From NCBI GenBank assembly GCA_038209745.1, contig JBBQXJ010000005.1, positions 1 through 64,000 on the forward strand: 64,000 nt of DNA, read 5' to 3'. This stretch comes from Verrucomicrobiota bacterium (GTDB lineage: Bacteria > Verrucomicrobiota > Verrucomicrobiia > Limisphaerales > CANJSG01). A model generated the notes under the pieces. That model saw nothing but the letters and a program-made list of their open reading frames with translations, was not told the origin of the DNA and searched no databases. Shown one piece after another: positions 18,685-27,848 of the stretch; positions within the stretch are counted from its first letter, which is position 1; every line of letters starts with the position of its first letter. A program made the position numbers and the translations under genes.

Positions 18685-21345
18685 CTACTGGATCTCGATG
18701 CGGTAGAACCGCTGCAGGGCGCTGGCCGGGTCGGTCACGGTCTTCGTGGTGCCGTCGCCGATGACCGTGCTGAGCGGCTGCCAAGCAGCGTCGCCAAGGG
18801 CGGTCTTGTATTTCAGACCGTAGCTGGAACCGTTCGACGTCGGGAACGAGATGGACACGTTGGCACCGGATTTCTGGATCGTCATGGAGGTGCTGACCGA
18901 GGCCGGCACGAGCATGAGGAAGTTCGGATCGATGCCTCCGCCGGTGGTGATGCGAAGGGTGGCCAGGCCGTCGAGGGTGACGGTTGTCATCTGGTCTCCG
19001 GTCTTCAGCGGCACCCAGTCGTAGGTCTGCCACCCGCGCCCGACAAAGGAGAACGTGCCGAGATTGGTCGTGGTCTGGTCCGTGGTGCCTTTGCCCGCCG
19101 TGACCCTGCTCAACGTCAGCGCGACCGTGCCGGGATTTCCGCCGCCAAGACGGGCGTAGACATTGAAGTTCCCCTTTGGATAGGTGCGGGTGTGGTTGGC
19201 CCATTCGCCTGCGTCGAACCAGCCGATCTTGTAGTCGAGGATCAACGGATCGACGGCCTGGGCGGCGAGGTAGGACTGGCGCGGAACGTCCGTGGCGATG
19301 GGCGTCGCGAAGGTGTCCGACGGGCGGTAGATGTGGTCGCCGGCTCCGGTGGTCTCGTGGAAGTCGACGTCCGCGACGCCGGCTTGGCCGTAGTATCCGT
19401 TGGCGACCCACTGGGAGGTGAGCACCGGGTTGTCGACGTGGCTGCCGCCGTCGAAGTCGTAGTCCTCGGCCTCCCAGGTGAAGTTGGCCGGATTGAAGGT
19501 GTCGAAAACGACGGTCTTGGTGGCGCTGTTGCCGAGGACATCGGTCACCGTGATCAGCGCGGTGTAGGAAGGGGTGTTGGCGGCGAGTCCGCCGTAGGAC
19601 ACGTCCTTCGATCCGGACGCACCGGTGATCTGGAGCGAGGAGGAGACGTCGACGCCGTTGATGACGACCTTGATGCCCGAATCGTCGACGGTGGAACCGC
19701 CGGACTGGACGTGGAAGCCGAGCTTGTTCGTCATCTGCATCAGGGTGGAGCCGCTGGGATAGACGCCGCTGATGGCCGGCTTGTTGGTGTTCGCGGGAAC
19801 AAGCATGACGAAGGTCACGTCGCCGCCGCCGCCGGTGGTGATGCGGAGCGTGTTGGTGCCGGACAGCGTGACGGGGACAAGGTTCCCGTTCGCGTCGGTG
19901 AGGGGCTGGTAGAGGTAGGTGGACCAGCCGCCGGTGCCGGGGAACGCGAAGGTTCCGAGATTCGTCAAGGTCTGCTGGGAGGTGCCCCAGCCGGAGGTGA
20001 CGCGGCCGAGGGTCAGGCTGGCGGCGCCCGCGTTGCCGGCCATGCGGGCGTAGACGTTGAAGACGCCGGTCGGATAGGTGTGGGTGTAGTTGACCCATTC
20101 GCCGGCGCCGAACCAGCCGATCTTGTAGTCGGTCGCACCGGCCGTGGTGAACTTCTGGCGGGTCGTGTCGCCGGAGGGCGTTGTCGCCATGCGATCCCCC
20201 GCGGTGCGGTAGAGATGGTCGCCGTCGCCAGCGGTGTCGTGGTAGTCGATCTCTTCGATGCCCACGAGCTGGGAGTAGGCGCCCGGCGCGGGATTGTCGA
20301 TGTGGGCGCCGGCGCTGTGGTCGTAGTCTTCCGCTTCCCAGACGTAGCTGGGCGCCCAGGTGTCGAAGGCCATGCCCGACGAGCTGGAGAGGCCGTTGGC
20401 ATCCGTCACTTGGATCGACGCGGTGTAGACTTGGTTCGACTTCAGCCCGGCCCACGCGACGTTCTTTACGGTGGCGGAACCGGTGATGACCAGGCCGGAG
20501 GAGACGTTCGTTCCATTGACCGTGAGATGGATGCCGCCGTTCGTGATGGCGGAGGAACCGGTGACGGTGAAGGAGATGCCGGCGGCGGGACTGGCGAGGA
20601 GGATGTTGCCGGGTTTGACCGCGCTGAAGACCGGCGGAGTCGGGCCCGAGATCTGGTCGAGCACCATGTCGTCGATGAAGGCCGCTCCGGCGCCGACGTT
20701 GCCGGATTGTTTGAGCACGACCTGATAGCGCGCAAAGGTGGTTCCGGCGGGCGCGGTGAACGTGGTCACGGTGTTGGTCACCTGCCCGGTGGCGGGATTG
20801 CACTGTTTGGTGATGGGCAGCTCCACCCAGGCATCCGCGGCGTAGCTGCTGTCGAAGACGCCGGACCGGTATAGGCCGAGGACGTTCGAGGCGGCATCGC
20901 GGAAGGTCACCTCCACCCAGACGGTGTTCCCGCTGTCGGGACTGGTGCCTCCGCCATAGTTGCCGACCAACAGGTCGCTGCTCGGCGTGAAGAACCAAGC
21001 GGTGCCGTTGAAGACCGCTCCGGCTCCGGCTCCGTAGTCCTGGTATTGCCCCTGATAGTTGGGATCGCTGTTCCAGCCGGCATACACCTTGAAGCTGTTC
21101 GCGCCGGTGTGGACCAGTGGTGCGGTGCCGATGGCGTAAGAATCCCAACCGGGTTGGCTGTCATAGGCGGTCCACGAGGCGGTGCCGGATTCCATGCCTG
21201 GATTGTTGAGGACGTTCGCGGCTTGCAGGCCGGTTGCGGTCAGGCAGACCGCGCCGGCGGCGAGCCAGAGCGATCGCACCAGCCGCCTCAACCGGTTCGG
21301 GCCGGAACTGGGATCGGTGTAGGATGAAGTTCTAGGAGTTGTCAT
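18685..21345 (-). CDS. Secreted multi-CBM protein (CBM4/9-like N-domain plus two CBM6/35-like repeats)
   Basis: Signal peptide; duplicated WEAEDYD…YKIGWF.AGEW.N.T.TYP.G.FNVYAR modules; no catalytic motif recognised. Confidence 0.8.
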   Translation of the reverse strand: MTTPRTSSYTDPSSGPNRLRRLVRSLWLAAGAVCLTATGLQAANVLNNPGMESGTASWTAYDSQPGWDSYAIGTAPLVHTGANSFKVYAGWNSDPNYQGQYQDYGAGAGAVFNGTAWFFTPSSDLLVGNYGGGTSPDSGNTVWVEVTFRDAASNVLGLYRSGVFDSSYAADAWVELPITKQCNPATGQVTNTVTTFTAPAGTTFARYQVVLKQSGNVGAGAAFIDDMVLDQISGPTPPVFSAVKPGNILLASPAAGISFTVTGSSAITNGGIHLTVNGTNVSSGLVITGSATVKNVAWAGLKSNQVYTASIQVTDANGLSSSSGMAFDTWAPSYVWEAEDYDHSAGAHIDNPAPGAYSQLVGIEEIDYHDTAGDGDHLYRTAGDRMATTPSGDTTRQKFTTAGATDYKIGWFGAGEWVNYTHTYPTGVFNVYARMAGNAGAASLTLGRVTSGWGTSQQTLTNLGTFAFPGTGGWSTYLYQPLTDANGNLVPVTLSGTNTLRITTGGGGDVTFVMLVPANTNKPAISGVYPSGSTLMQMTNKLGFHVQSGGSTVDDSGIKVVINGVDVSSSLQITGASGSKDVSYGGLAANTPSYTALITVTDVLGNSATKTVVFDTFNPANFTWEAEDYDFDGGSHVDNPVLTSQWVANGYYGQAGVADVDFHETTGAGDHIYRPSDTFATPIATDVPRQSYLAAQAVDPLILDYKIGWFDAGEWANHTRTYPKGNFNVYARLGGGNPGTVALTLSRVTAGKGTTDQTTTNLGTFSFVGRGWQTYDWVPLKTGDQMTTVTLDGLATLRITTGGGIDPNFLMLVPASVSTSMTIQKSGANVSISFPTSNGSSYGLKYKTALGDAAWQPLSTVIGDGTTKTVTDPASALQRFYRIEIQ

Positions 21346-21442
21346 ATTGCAGTGAATAAGTCGTGAGAACCGGCATCGCCGTCGCAGCATCATATTTGTT
21401 TTGACCGGGAATGTAGTAGTTCCTATTACGTTCACTCCTGTT

Positions 21443-23092
21443 ATGTCAACCATTCACCCAGCTCAACCTTGTCGATCTTGGTTAAATCGCTGTCAGTTCT
21501 GGGCTTTCCTCGGATGTTTGGTCGCGTTGTGGGCTCTGGTCGGGGTGGGTCGCGGCGCTGATTTGTTGGTCAGCGGAGGATTCGAGAGCAGCCCGAAGGG
21601 ACCGACGCAAACGATCTCCGGGTGGAGCTGGTATGGGCAGGACTGGGGCAACACCTTGAGCGTGACCGTTCCCAGGTCGCGGACCGGCACCAACTGCTTC
21701 AAGATCTTCCAAGGCTTCACCGGCAGCGTGAACTACAGCGGGATCTATCAGGATCATCTTGCTGAACCCGGCGAACGCTACCGCGCGGAGGGTTGGGCCT
21801 TTTCCGATTCGAACGACGCCATCGCGGGTCAGAACCGCGTCTGGCTCGAAGTCACATTTCGCAATGCTCCCGGCAAGGTTCTCGCTCTCTATCGATCTGC
21901 GGTGATTAGCGCCTCTGCGCTTGGAACCGCTGGATTCGCCCGGGATCAATGGTTCCGCCTCGCCGTCACCAACGTGGTTGATCCCGCCACATTCCAGGTG
22001 ACCAACACCACGTCCGAATTGCTCGCACCGGCCGGGGCCAGCTACGCGCGGTGCCAGATCGTCTTCGAGGGCGACGCCCAGAAATCCGCCGGGGCGATGT
22101 TCTTCGACGACCTGATGCTGGAGAAAACGAGCAGTCCTCGTGGCGGGGTCTGGAACGTGGTCTGGAACGACGAGTTCGACGGCACTGCGCCCGATCCCAA
22201 GAAGTGGACCCATGACCTCGGCAACGGACCGCCCAGCGGCTGGGGCAACAGCGAGCTCGAGTATTACACCGCCCGCCCGACCAACGTCTTCCTCGCCGAC
22301 GGCCGCCTGCACATCGTGGCGCGCAAAGAGGAGCTCGCCGGCTTCCACTACACCTCCACCCGGCTGAAGACGAAAGGTCTCTTCTCCCGCAACTACGGCC
22401 GCATCGAGATCCGCGCCAAGCTCCCCGCTGGCCAAGGCCTTTGGCCTGCCATCTGGATGCTGCCTGAGAACTCGACCTATGGGGGTTGGGCGGCTTCGGG
22501 CGAGATCGACATCATGGAGAATCGCGGGAGCAAACCTAATGAGGTCCTCGGCACCCTCCATTACGGCGGCAGCTCCCCGGCCAATGTCTATTCTCAGGGG
22601 CCATCCTTCACTTTTCCTCCCGGCCGATCGACGACCGACTTCAATACCTACGCCATCGAGTGGACCACCAACGCCATCCTTTGGTCGGTCAACGGGCAGG
22701 TCTACGAAACCCAGACCAATTGGTGGAGCAGCACCCGGATCAACGGCAACGAAGTGCCCAATGCCTACCCCGCGCCCTTCAACCAGCCCTTCCATCTCCT
22801 GATCAATCTCGCGGTCGGCGGCCACTTCGACGGCAGCCCCACAGCGGAAACCGTCTTCCCGGCCGAGATGGAAGTGGACTACGTGCGGGTCTATGACCGC
22901 ACCGCGCCGCTCCAAGTCGACGTCACCCGCAACAACAGCACCGTGCGGATCGCCTGGAGCACCAACATCGTCGGCCGTCTCCAGTCCGGCCCCACCCCGA
23001 CCGGCGCCTGGACCGACATCCCCGCTGCGACCAATCCCTTTGTTCCCTCACCGACGGAACCGGCACGCTTCTTCCGGGTGACGTCGCCTTGA
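21443..23092 (+). CDS. GH16 beta-1,3-glucanase (laminarinase-like) with N-terminal CBM-like domain
   Basis: WNDEFDG, GWGNSELEYY, WPAIWML and catalytic GEIDIME. Confidence 0.92.
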   Translation: MSTIHPAQPCRSWLNRCQFWAFLGCLVALWALVGVGRGADLLVSGGFESSPKGPTQTISGWSWYGQDWGNTLSVTVPRSRTGTNCFKIFQGFTGSVNYSGIYQDHLAEPGERYRAEGWAFSDSNDAIAGQNRVWLEVTFRNAPGKVLALYRSAVISASALGTAGFARDQWFRLAVTNVVDPATFQVTNTTSELLAPAGASYARCQIVFEGDAQKSAGAMFFDDLMLEKTSSPRGGVWNVVWNDEFDGTAPDPKKWTHDLGNGPPSGWGNSELEYYTARPTNVFLADGRLHIVARKEELAGFHYTSTRLKTKGLFSRNYGRIEIRAKLPAGQGLWPAIWMLPENSTYGGWAASGEIDIMENRGSKPNEVLGTLHYGGSSPANVYSQGPSFTFPPGRSTTDFNTYAIEWTTNAILWSVNGQVYETQTNWWSSTRINGNEVPNAYPAPFNQPFHLLINLAVGGHFDGSPTAETVFPAEMEVDYVRVYDRTAPLQVDVTRNNSTVRIAWSTNIVGRLQSGPTPTGAWTDIPAATNPFVPSPTEPARFFRVTSP

Positions 23093-23096
23093 TCCG

Positions 23097-23310
23097 ATAG
23101 CGGCGAAGGGGAGTTCGTCGTTGATTAAAATCGCCTCCAAAGATGGAACAACTTGTGTGGCGGTAGGGCGACGACTCCCGCCGAGCCGCATTTTGATCCA
23201 CTGACGACGGGGAAGTCGCCCTGGCAACTCCGAGTCGTCCCTGAGTTGCCGGTGATGCTTTTTCGATAAGAGGCCCACCCAGGCGGCTCGGCGGGAGCGG
23301 TCGCCCTACC
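23097..23310. repeat. REP cluster: a degenerate RAYT-type REP plus an inverted doublet of a second GTAG family
   Basis: ATAGCGGCGAAGGGGAGTTCGTCG (23097-23120); GGTAGGGCGACGACTCCCGCCGAGCCGC (23162-23189) with an inverted partner at 23283-23310. Confidence 0.8.
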
Positions 23311-23543
23311 ATCGCTGCGCTGCGGAAATCAAAATCGAAGCCTGACCGCTTTCCACTTCATCTCGATCAAGTCGAAGACCGCCGAGAAGTCCGGATCAAA
23401 TCCAGAGCGGGAATCACCCATTCCTTTCAGATGAAACTCCGCAAGGATCCAAAAGCCCGGTTCTTGCGCACCTTTGCCTAAAGGCCTTCCAAAGGGCGCG
23501 TGATCCTTTCTTTCCAGTGGATTTGGGATGGGCGCTCAGTTCT

Positions 23544-23993
23544 TCACGCTGGCAGCATCTCGCCCACCAGCGTGCTGACCGTCTTGCCATCCGCGCGACC
23601 GGCGGCCTTGGCCTGGACGGCTTTGATCACGAGGCCCATCTGCTTCTTGCTGGTGGCACCCGTTTCAGCAATGGCCGCGACGATCAAGGCCTTGGTCTCT
23701 TCCAGACTGAGGGCTTTGGGCAGGAACTCTTCCACGACCAATAGTTCCTCTTGTTCCTTGGCCGCCAGTTCGGGCCGGCCGCCCTCCGTGAACTGGGTGA
23801 TCGAATCCTTGCGCTTCTTGGATTCCTTCATCGCAACGGCCATGAAATCCGTGTCGTCGAGCACGTCCACCTTCTTCTCCATCGCCGCGTAGCCGAGCGC
23901 GGACTTCAGCATGCGCAGGGTGTTCAGCCGGTCGGCGTTCCGGGCGATCATGGCCGCCTTGATCTCGGCGGAGAGCTTTTCGTTGAGAGTCAT
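23544..23993 (-). CDS. GatB/YqeY domain protein
   Basis: KESKKRKDSI.QF..GGR.ELA.KE and MG.VIK…GRADGK motifs. Confidence 0.92.
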   Translation of the reverse strand: MTLNEKLSAEIKAAMIARNADRLNTLRMLKSALGYAAMEKKVDVLDDTDFMAVAMKESKKRKDSITQFTEGGRPELAAKEQEELLVVEEFLPKALSLEETKALIVAAIAETGATSKKQMGLVIKAVQAKAAGRADGKTVSTLVGEMLPA

Positions 23994-23996
23994 GAT

Positions 23997-24893
23997 TCAG
24001 GCTGGCTGGAAGACGCTCAATGTGTCGAGCACCGCCTTGACCCGCGGCACTTCGTGGGTGCGGAAGAGGTCCGTCTTCCCCAACGCGGCCAGCAAGGCGA
24101 AGAACGGTTCGGCGCAGCGCACTTCCTCCCCGAAGTAGTCGAAGGCGTGGGGCAGCGCGTGGCAGGTGGGGAAGCCGAGGCGGCGCAGGCGAAAGGTGTT
24201 CAGGAAGACTTTCATCTGATGGCGCACGCGCACGGCGCTGTCCTGGAGATTGCGGTAGTAGAAGCCCAGGCCCGGATCGATGAAGATCTTGGTCACGCCG
24301 TTGCGGGTGGCGAGATCCACCTGCTTGGCAAAGTAGTCGAGCATCATGGCGGTGGGATCCGCGCCGAAGTCGAAGTCGCCGACCGCGCGGACGTTGTCGC
24401 CCTGGACGTAGCAGATGATCACCGCGCCGTCGTGGTCCGCCACCATGCGGAACATCTCGTCGGTGCGGACGCTGCCGGTGAGGTTCAGCACCTTGGCCCC
24501 GGCTTCGAAACACGCACGAGTGACGGCCGGCTGGTAGGTCTCCACCGAGACGACGATTCCGGCAGCGGCGAGTTCGCGGACAACGGGGAGGAGCTTCGAG
24601 TTCTGCCCGGCTTCATCGACGCGTTCCGCTTGGGCCAAGGACGACTCCGCGCCGAGATCGATGATCTGCGCGCCCTGCGCCGCGAGCACATGCCCTCGCC
24701 GGACGGCCGTTTCTGCGGTGAGACACACACTCTCGCGATACCAGGAATCGGCCGAGAGATTGACCACGCCCATCAGAGCGGGTCGGGAGTTCGTGGCGAA
24801 GCGGACGGAGCCGACCGAGAACTCGGCCACCCGACATTTCAGATCGTCGCGGTGGGCGGCAGCTAGTTCGGCCAAGGATTCCAGAGTCAACAT
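23997..24893 (-). CDS. folP: Dihydropteroate synthase-like pterin-binding protein (atypical)
   Basis: LMGVVNLSADSW, IIDLGAES, IFIDPGLGF and FRTHEV motifs. Confidence 0.75.
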   Translation of the reverse strand: MLTLESLAELAAAHRDDLKCRVAEFSVGSVRFATNSRPALMGVVNLSADSWYRESVCLTAETAVRRGHVLAAQGAQIIDLGAESSLAQAERVDEAGQNSKLLPVVRELAAAGIVVSVETYQPAVTRACFEAGAKVLNLTGSVRTDEMFRMVADHDGAVIICYVQGDNVRAVGDFDFGADPTAMMLDYFAKQVDLATRNGVTKIFIDPGLGFYYRNLQDSAVRVRHQMKVFLNTFRLRRLGFPTCHALPHAFDYFGEEVRCAEPFFALLAALGKTDLFRTHEVPRVKAVLDTLSVFQPA

Positions 24894-25067
24894 GCGGCCG
24901 AAACTGCCAGCGGGGGCGGGTGATGCAAGCGGGCTGCTCCGGCAACCGGAGCTACGAGTGAACCGCTGATCTGCGCTGATCTGCGCTGATCTTGGGCCGT
25001 AATTGATTGTTCGGAACTCTGACCAAGCCTCTGTCTGCCAATCCCTTTTAGGGTAGATCAGCGTCGA

Positions 25068-25321
25068 TTGGAGCAGTTTGAGGAATATCGTGGCCGTGTT
25101 TTTCAAAGCCGGAGGCCTCGAACGTGAATAGCTCCGGGTGCAACCCGGAGATCACCTGCCGCAGGGAACGCGACCGCGGAGCGGTCGAACCCCACAAGGT
25201 TCAACCGCTCCGCGGTTGATTCGGCTGACCGTCTGAGCTCCGGGCTGTCGCCTGGAGCGATTCACTTTCGTGCCTTTCAGGCACGGGCAAACAGGCTACG
25301 CCTTTTTTGAAACTGCCTTAG
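25068..25321. repeat. Palindrome-rich MITE-like element, copy 2 (inverted relative to copy 1)
   Basis: Reverse-complement match to 14329-14550 with about 32 bp of extra internal hairpin. Confidence 0.8.
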
Positions 25322-25345
25322 CGGTTCAAAACGGTTCGCTGCCTC

Positions 25346-26116
25346 TCAGAAGTTTGTGTCCGCTTTCTCGATCTTCTCGTCCTTGATCCACACATTGCGG
25401 AAGCGCACGTCGTGGCCTTCGCACTGGAGCTTCAATCCGCCCGGCACATCGGTGATGCCCTTGCCGCCGTCGTTCCCGCCGTCGATGCCGGAATTCGGAC
25501 CGCCCCAGACCTGGCTGATCGGTTGGTTCGTATGCACCTTGATGCCGTTGAAATACATCGTGACCAACGGCTTCTCGGTCAGTTTGCCGTCCTTGAACCG
25601 GGCGGCGCGGAAATTGATGTCGTAGGCGTTCCATTTCCCGATGCCCTTGTAGGCGTAGTAGGGCGAAGGCGTCTCGTTGATGACGGCGCCCATGCCGTGG
25701 CTCGACTTGTCGCCGTCGCAGACCTGGATCTCGTAGCGGTTCTGGAGATAGACGCCGCTATTGCCGCCGGGTCCGGTGATCAGGAATTCGACGTGCAGCC
25801 GGAAGTCGCGGTACGCCTTCTTGGTCACGATGTCGGCCGCGCCATACTTGCCGCCCGCCGCCGCCGGATCGTCGGTCTTCAACACCGACCCCTTGTCCAC
25901 GGGGTCGTCGACGATCGGCCACTTGATCGGCAACGCCGAGCCGAAGCGCGGCCCTTCCCAATAGGTCCATTTCTCGTCCAGCAGCTTCCGCGAACCGTCG
26001 AACAGCATATCGGCACCGGGGGCTGGTTTGGTGCCGACGCCGACCTGGGCCTGGGACACCCACGGAAAAAGGACGGCGGACGCGAAGAGGAGCTGGGTGG
26101 ACAAATGGCGGAGCAT
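25346..26116 (-). CDS. DUF1080 (3-keto-disaccharide hydrolase-like) secreted protein
   Basis: LFDG, DFRLHVEF, GNSGVYLQNRYEIQV and VRFRNVWI motifs. Confidence 0.9.
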   Translation of the reverse strand: MLRHLSTQLLFASAVLFPWVSQAQVGVGTKPAPGADMLFDGSRKLLDEKWTYWEGPRFGSALPIKWPIVDDPVDKGSVLKTDDPAAAGGKYGAADIVTKKAYRDFRLHVEFLITGPGGNSGVYLQNRYEIQVCDGDKSSHGMGAVINETPSPYYAYKGIGKWNAYDINFRAARFKDGKLTEKPLVTMYFNGIKVHTNQPISQVWGGPNSGIDGGNDGGKGITDVPGGLKLQCEGHDVRFRNVWIKDEKIEKADTNF

Positions 26117-26176
26117 GAAGTGCATGGACGAAGGGGGTTGGTTGCGAATTCGTTTAGGCAAAGCTCCTGAAAAGAA

Positions 26177-26253
26177 TGGTGCGCCCGGTGCGATTCGAAC
26201 GCACGACCACCTGCTTAGAAGGCAGGTGCTCTATCCAACTGAGCTACGGGCGC
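26177..26253 (-). tRNA. tRNA-Arg(TCT)
   Basis: Reverse complement GCGCCCGTAGCTCAGTTGGATAGAGCACCTGCCTTCTAAGCAGG…TTCGAAT…CCA. Confidence 0.97.
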
Positions 26254-26333
26254 ATTATTGATGGACAGCGATTTGCGTCGCATTTTCAACCGCAGAGCTG
26301 GGCTTTGCCTGCTGGTTTTAATACTGCCCATCT

Positions 26334-26885
26334 GTGAAGAGGGAGAGCAAGCCAACCAAGGGGCTACCTTGGCGGAAAACGCAGTATGCGAACCTGTGGC
26401 GGCATAAACCATCGGAGACGTTCTATGCCAGAGCGCGAGTGGCCGGCAAGCTTCGGGTCCGTTCCCTCGGCACCGACAACCTAGCCGTCCCCCGGCTGCG
26501 CTTGGGTGTTTTCACCAAGTCCAAGAGCCAGTCGTCGGAGGGCCAGCGGTCGCTGAAACCGGGGAAGATGTTCTTCGGTCAGGCGCGCACGCCCCATGAG
26601 AACCGGCTCGACGGGAACTCCACCCGCTTCTTCGCGAAGGTGCCGTTGCGGCCGAAGAAGCTGTTGCTGCCCGGGCGGGAGCCGTTCGCGGGCATCCCGA
26701 GCAGCGCACCGCAACTCTCGCCAGTCAGCGAGGCGTTCCGATGATCCAGTAATTGCGGGCGCTCCCGTGGCGGATGCGCGAAGGTTACGGCCGCCAAACG
26801 GCCTCGGACTCCTTGGTGCGGAAGGAGTGCCAAAAGGCCATCGACCGGGCCTGCAAGGTGCGGGGCATTACTCGGATCACGCTGA
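26334..26885 (+). pseudogene. Degraded tyrosine integrase next to tRNA-Arg
   Basis: N-terminal WRKTQYANLWRHKPSETFYARARVAGKL..RSL.TD and a later-frame ECQKAIDRAC…RIT. It is truncated before the H..RH motif and has frameshifts. Confidence 0.65.
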
Positions 26886-27079
26886 TTCCCTCAGCCCGCG
26901 GAGCCATGAGCCCGACTGTCGCACAAGAACCTGCCTTCTGCTCAAGCAGGAACGTTTGCGTGGCGCTGGAGCCATCGGACCACTGGCCAAGAACAACCTC
27001 CGGACTGGGTCGCAGCCAACCTCCAAAGATTCATTTCGCAGCTCCTCAAGCCACTCATCGCCGCGCGTTCACAGAGCCT

Positions 27080-27685
27080 TTACCCCAGCTCGACATTCCA
27101 ATAGGCGATGTCGATGAACTGCTTCCAGCTTTCGTCCTTGGTCACCGAGAGGCTGACTTGGACAAACGGCCGCCACTTCGGCCGCTTCGGCTTGCGGACC
27201 AGCTTCATGCCGGCTTCCTGCGGAGTATGGTTCGCCTTCCGCGTGTTACACGGCACGCAGGAGCAGACGATGTTTTCCCAAGTCGTCGGACCACCCCGGT
27301 CGCGCGGGACCACGTGGTCGAGGTTCAGGTCGCGGCGGTCGAAGCGGTGACCGCAATACTGGCAGGTGTTCTGGTCGCGCTCGAAGACGTTGTGCCGGGT
27401 GAACTTCACTTCCTTCTTTGGCAACCGATCGAAGACGGCCAACAGGATCACCTTCGGCACACGGATGCGGAACGAGATGGTCCTGATGCTCTCGTCGTGG
27501 GGCGCTTCCTGGGAAAAGTTGTGCCACTGGTCGAAGTTATAGGTCCGGTAGTTGCCGCCAAGGTCGAAGACCACCTGGGCACGGCCTTCAAAGAGAAGGG
27601 TGAGCGCGCGCTTGACCGAGCAGATATTGACCGCCTGCCAGAGGCGATTGAGGACCAAAACGTGCTGGTTTAGTCGGGAGGTCAT
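27080..27685 (-). CDS. HNH endonuclease (HNH_5/McrA-like)
   Basis: RD..TCQYCG…LDHVVPR..GG.TTWENIVCSC..CN..K. Confidence 0.92.
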   Translation of the reverse strand: MTSRLNQHVLVLNRLWQAVNICSVKRALTLLFEGRAQVVFDLGGNYRTYNFDQWHNFSQEAPHDESIRTISFRIRVPKVILLAVFDRLPKKEVKFTRHNVFERDQNTCQYCGHRFDRRDLNLDHVVPRDRGGPTTWENIVCSCVPCNTRKANHTPQEAGMKLVRKPKRPKWRPFVQVSLSVTKDESWKQFIDIAYWNVELG

Positions 27686-27848
27686 GCACTGCCGCACCTG
27701 GGGCGCGGGAACCTAGCACACCCATTTTTCCTCCGTCAATGGCCGCTCTTTTGCTTGCGGCGACGTCGCAAGGCTCCCTCAACCTAGGCGCAGGAGGGCG
27801 CATAAATTCCCGTTCACACCTCACCATCACCCGTGCCATCGTGTACCC

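Noticed and set aside
27080..27685. HNH protein as an IscB/Cas9-like RNA-guided nuclease
   Set aside because: It is about 200 aa with no RuvC or PLMP motifs and no evident adjacent structured RNA or array.
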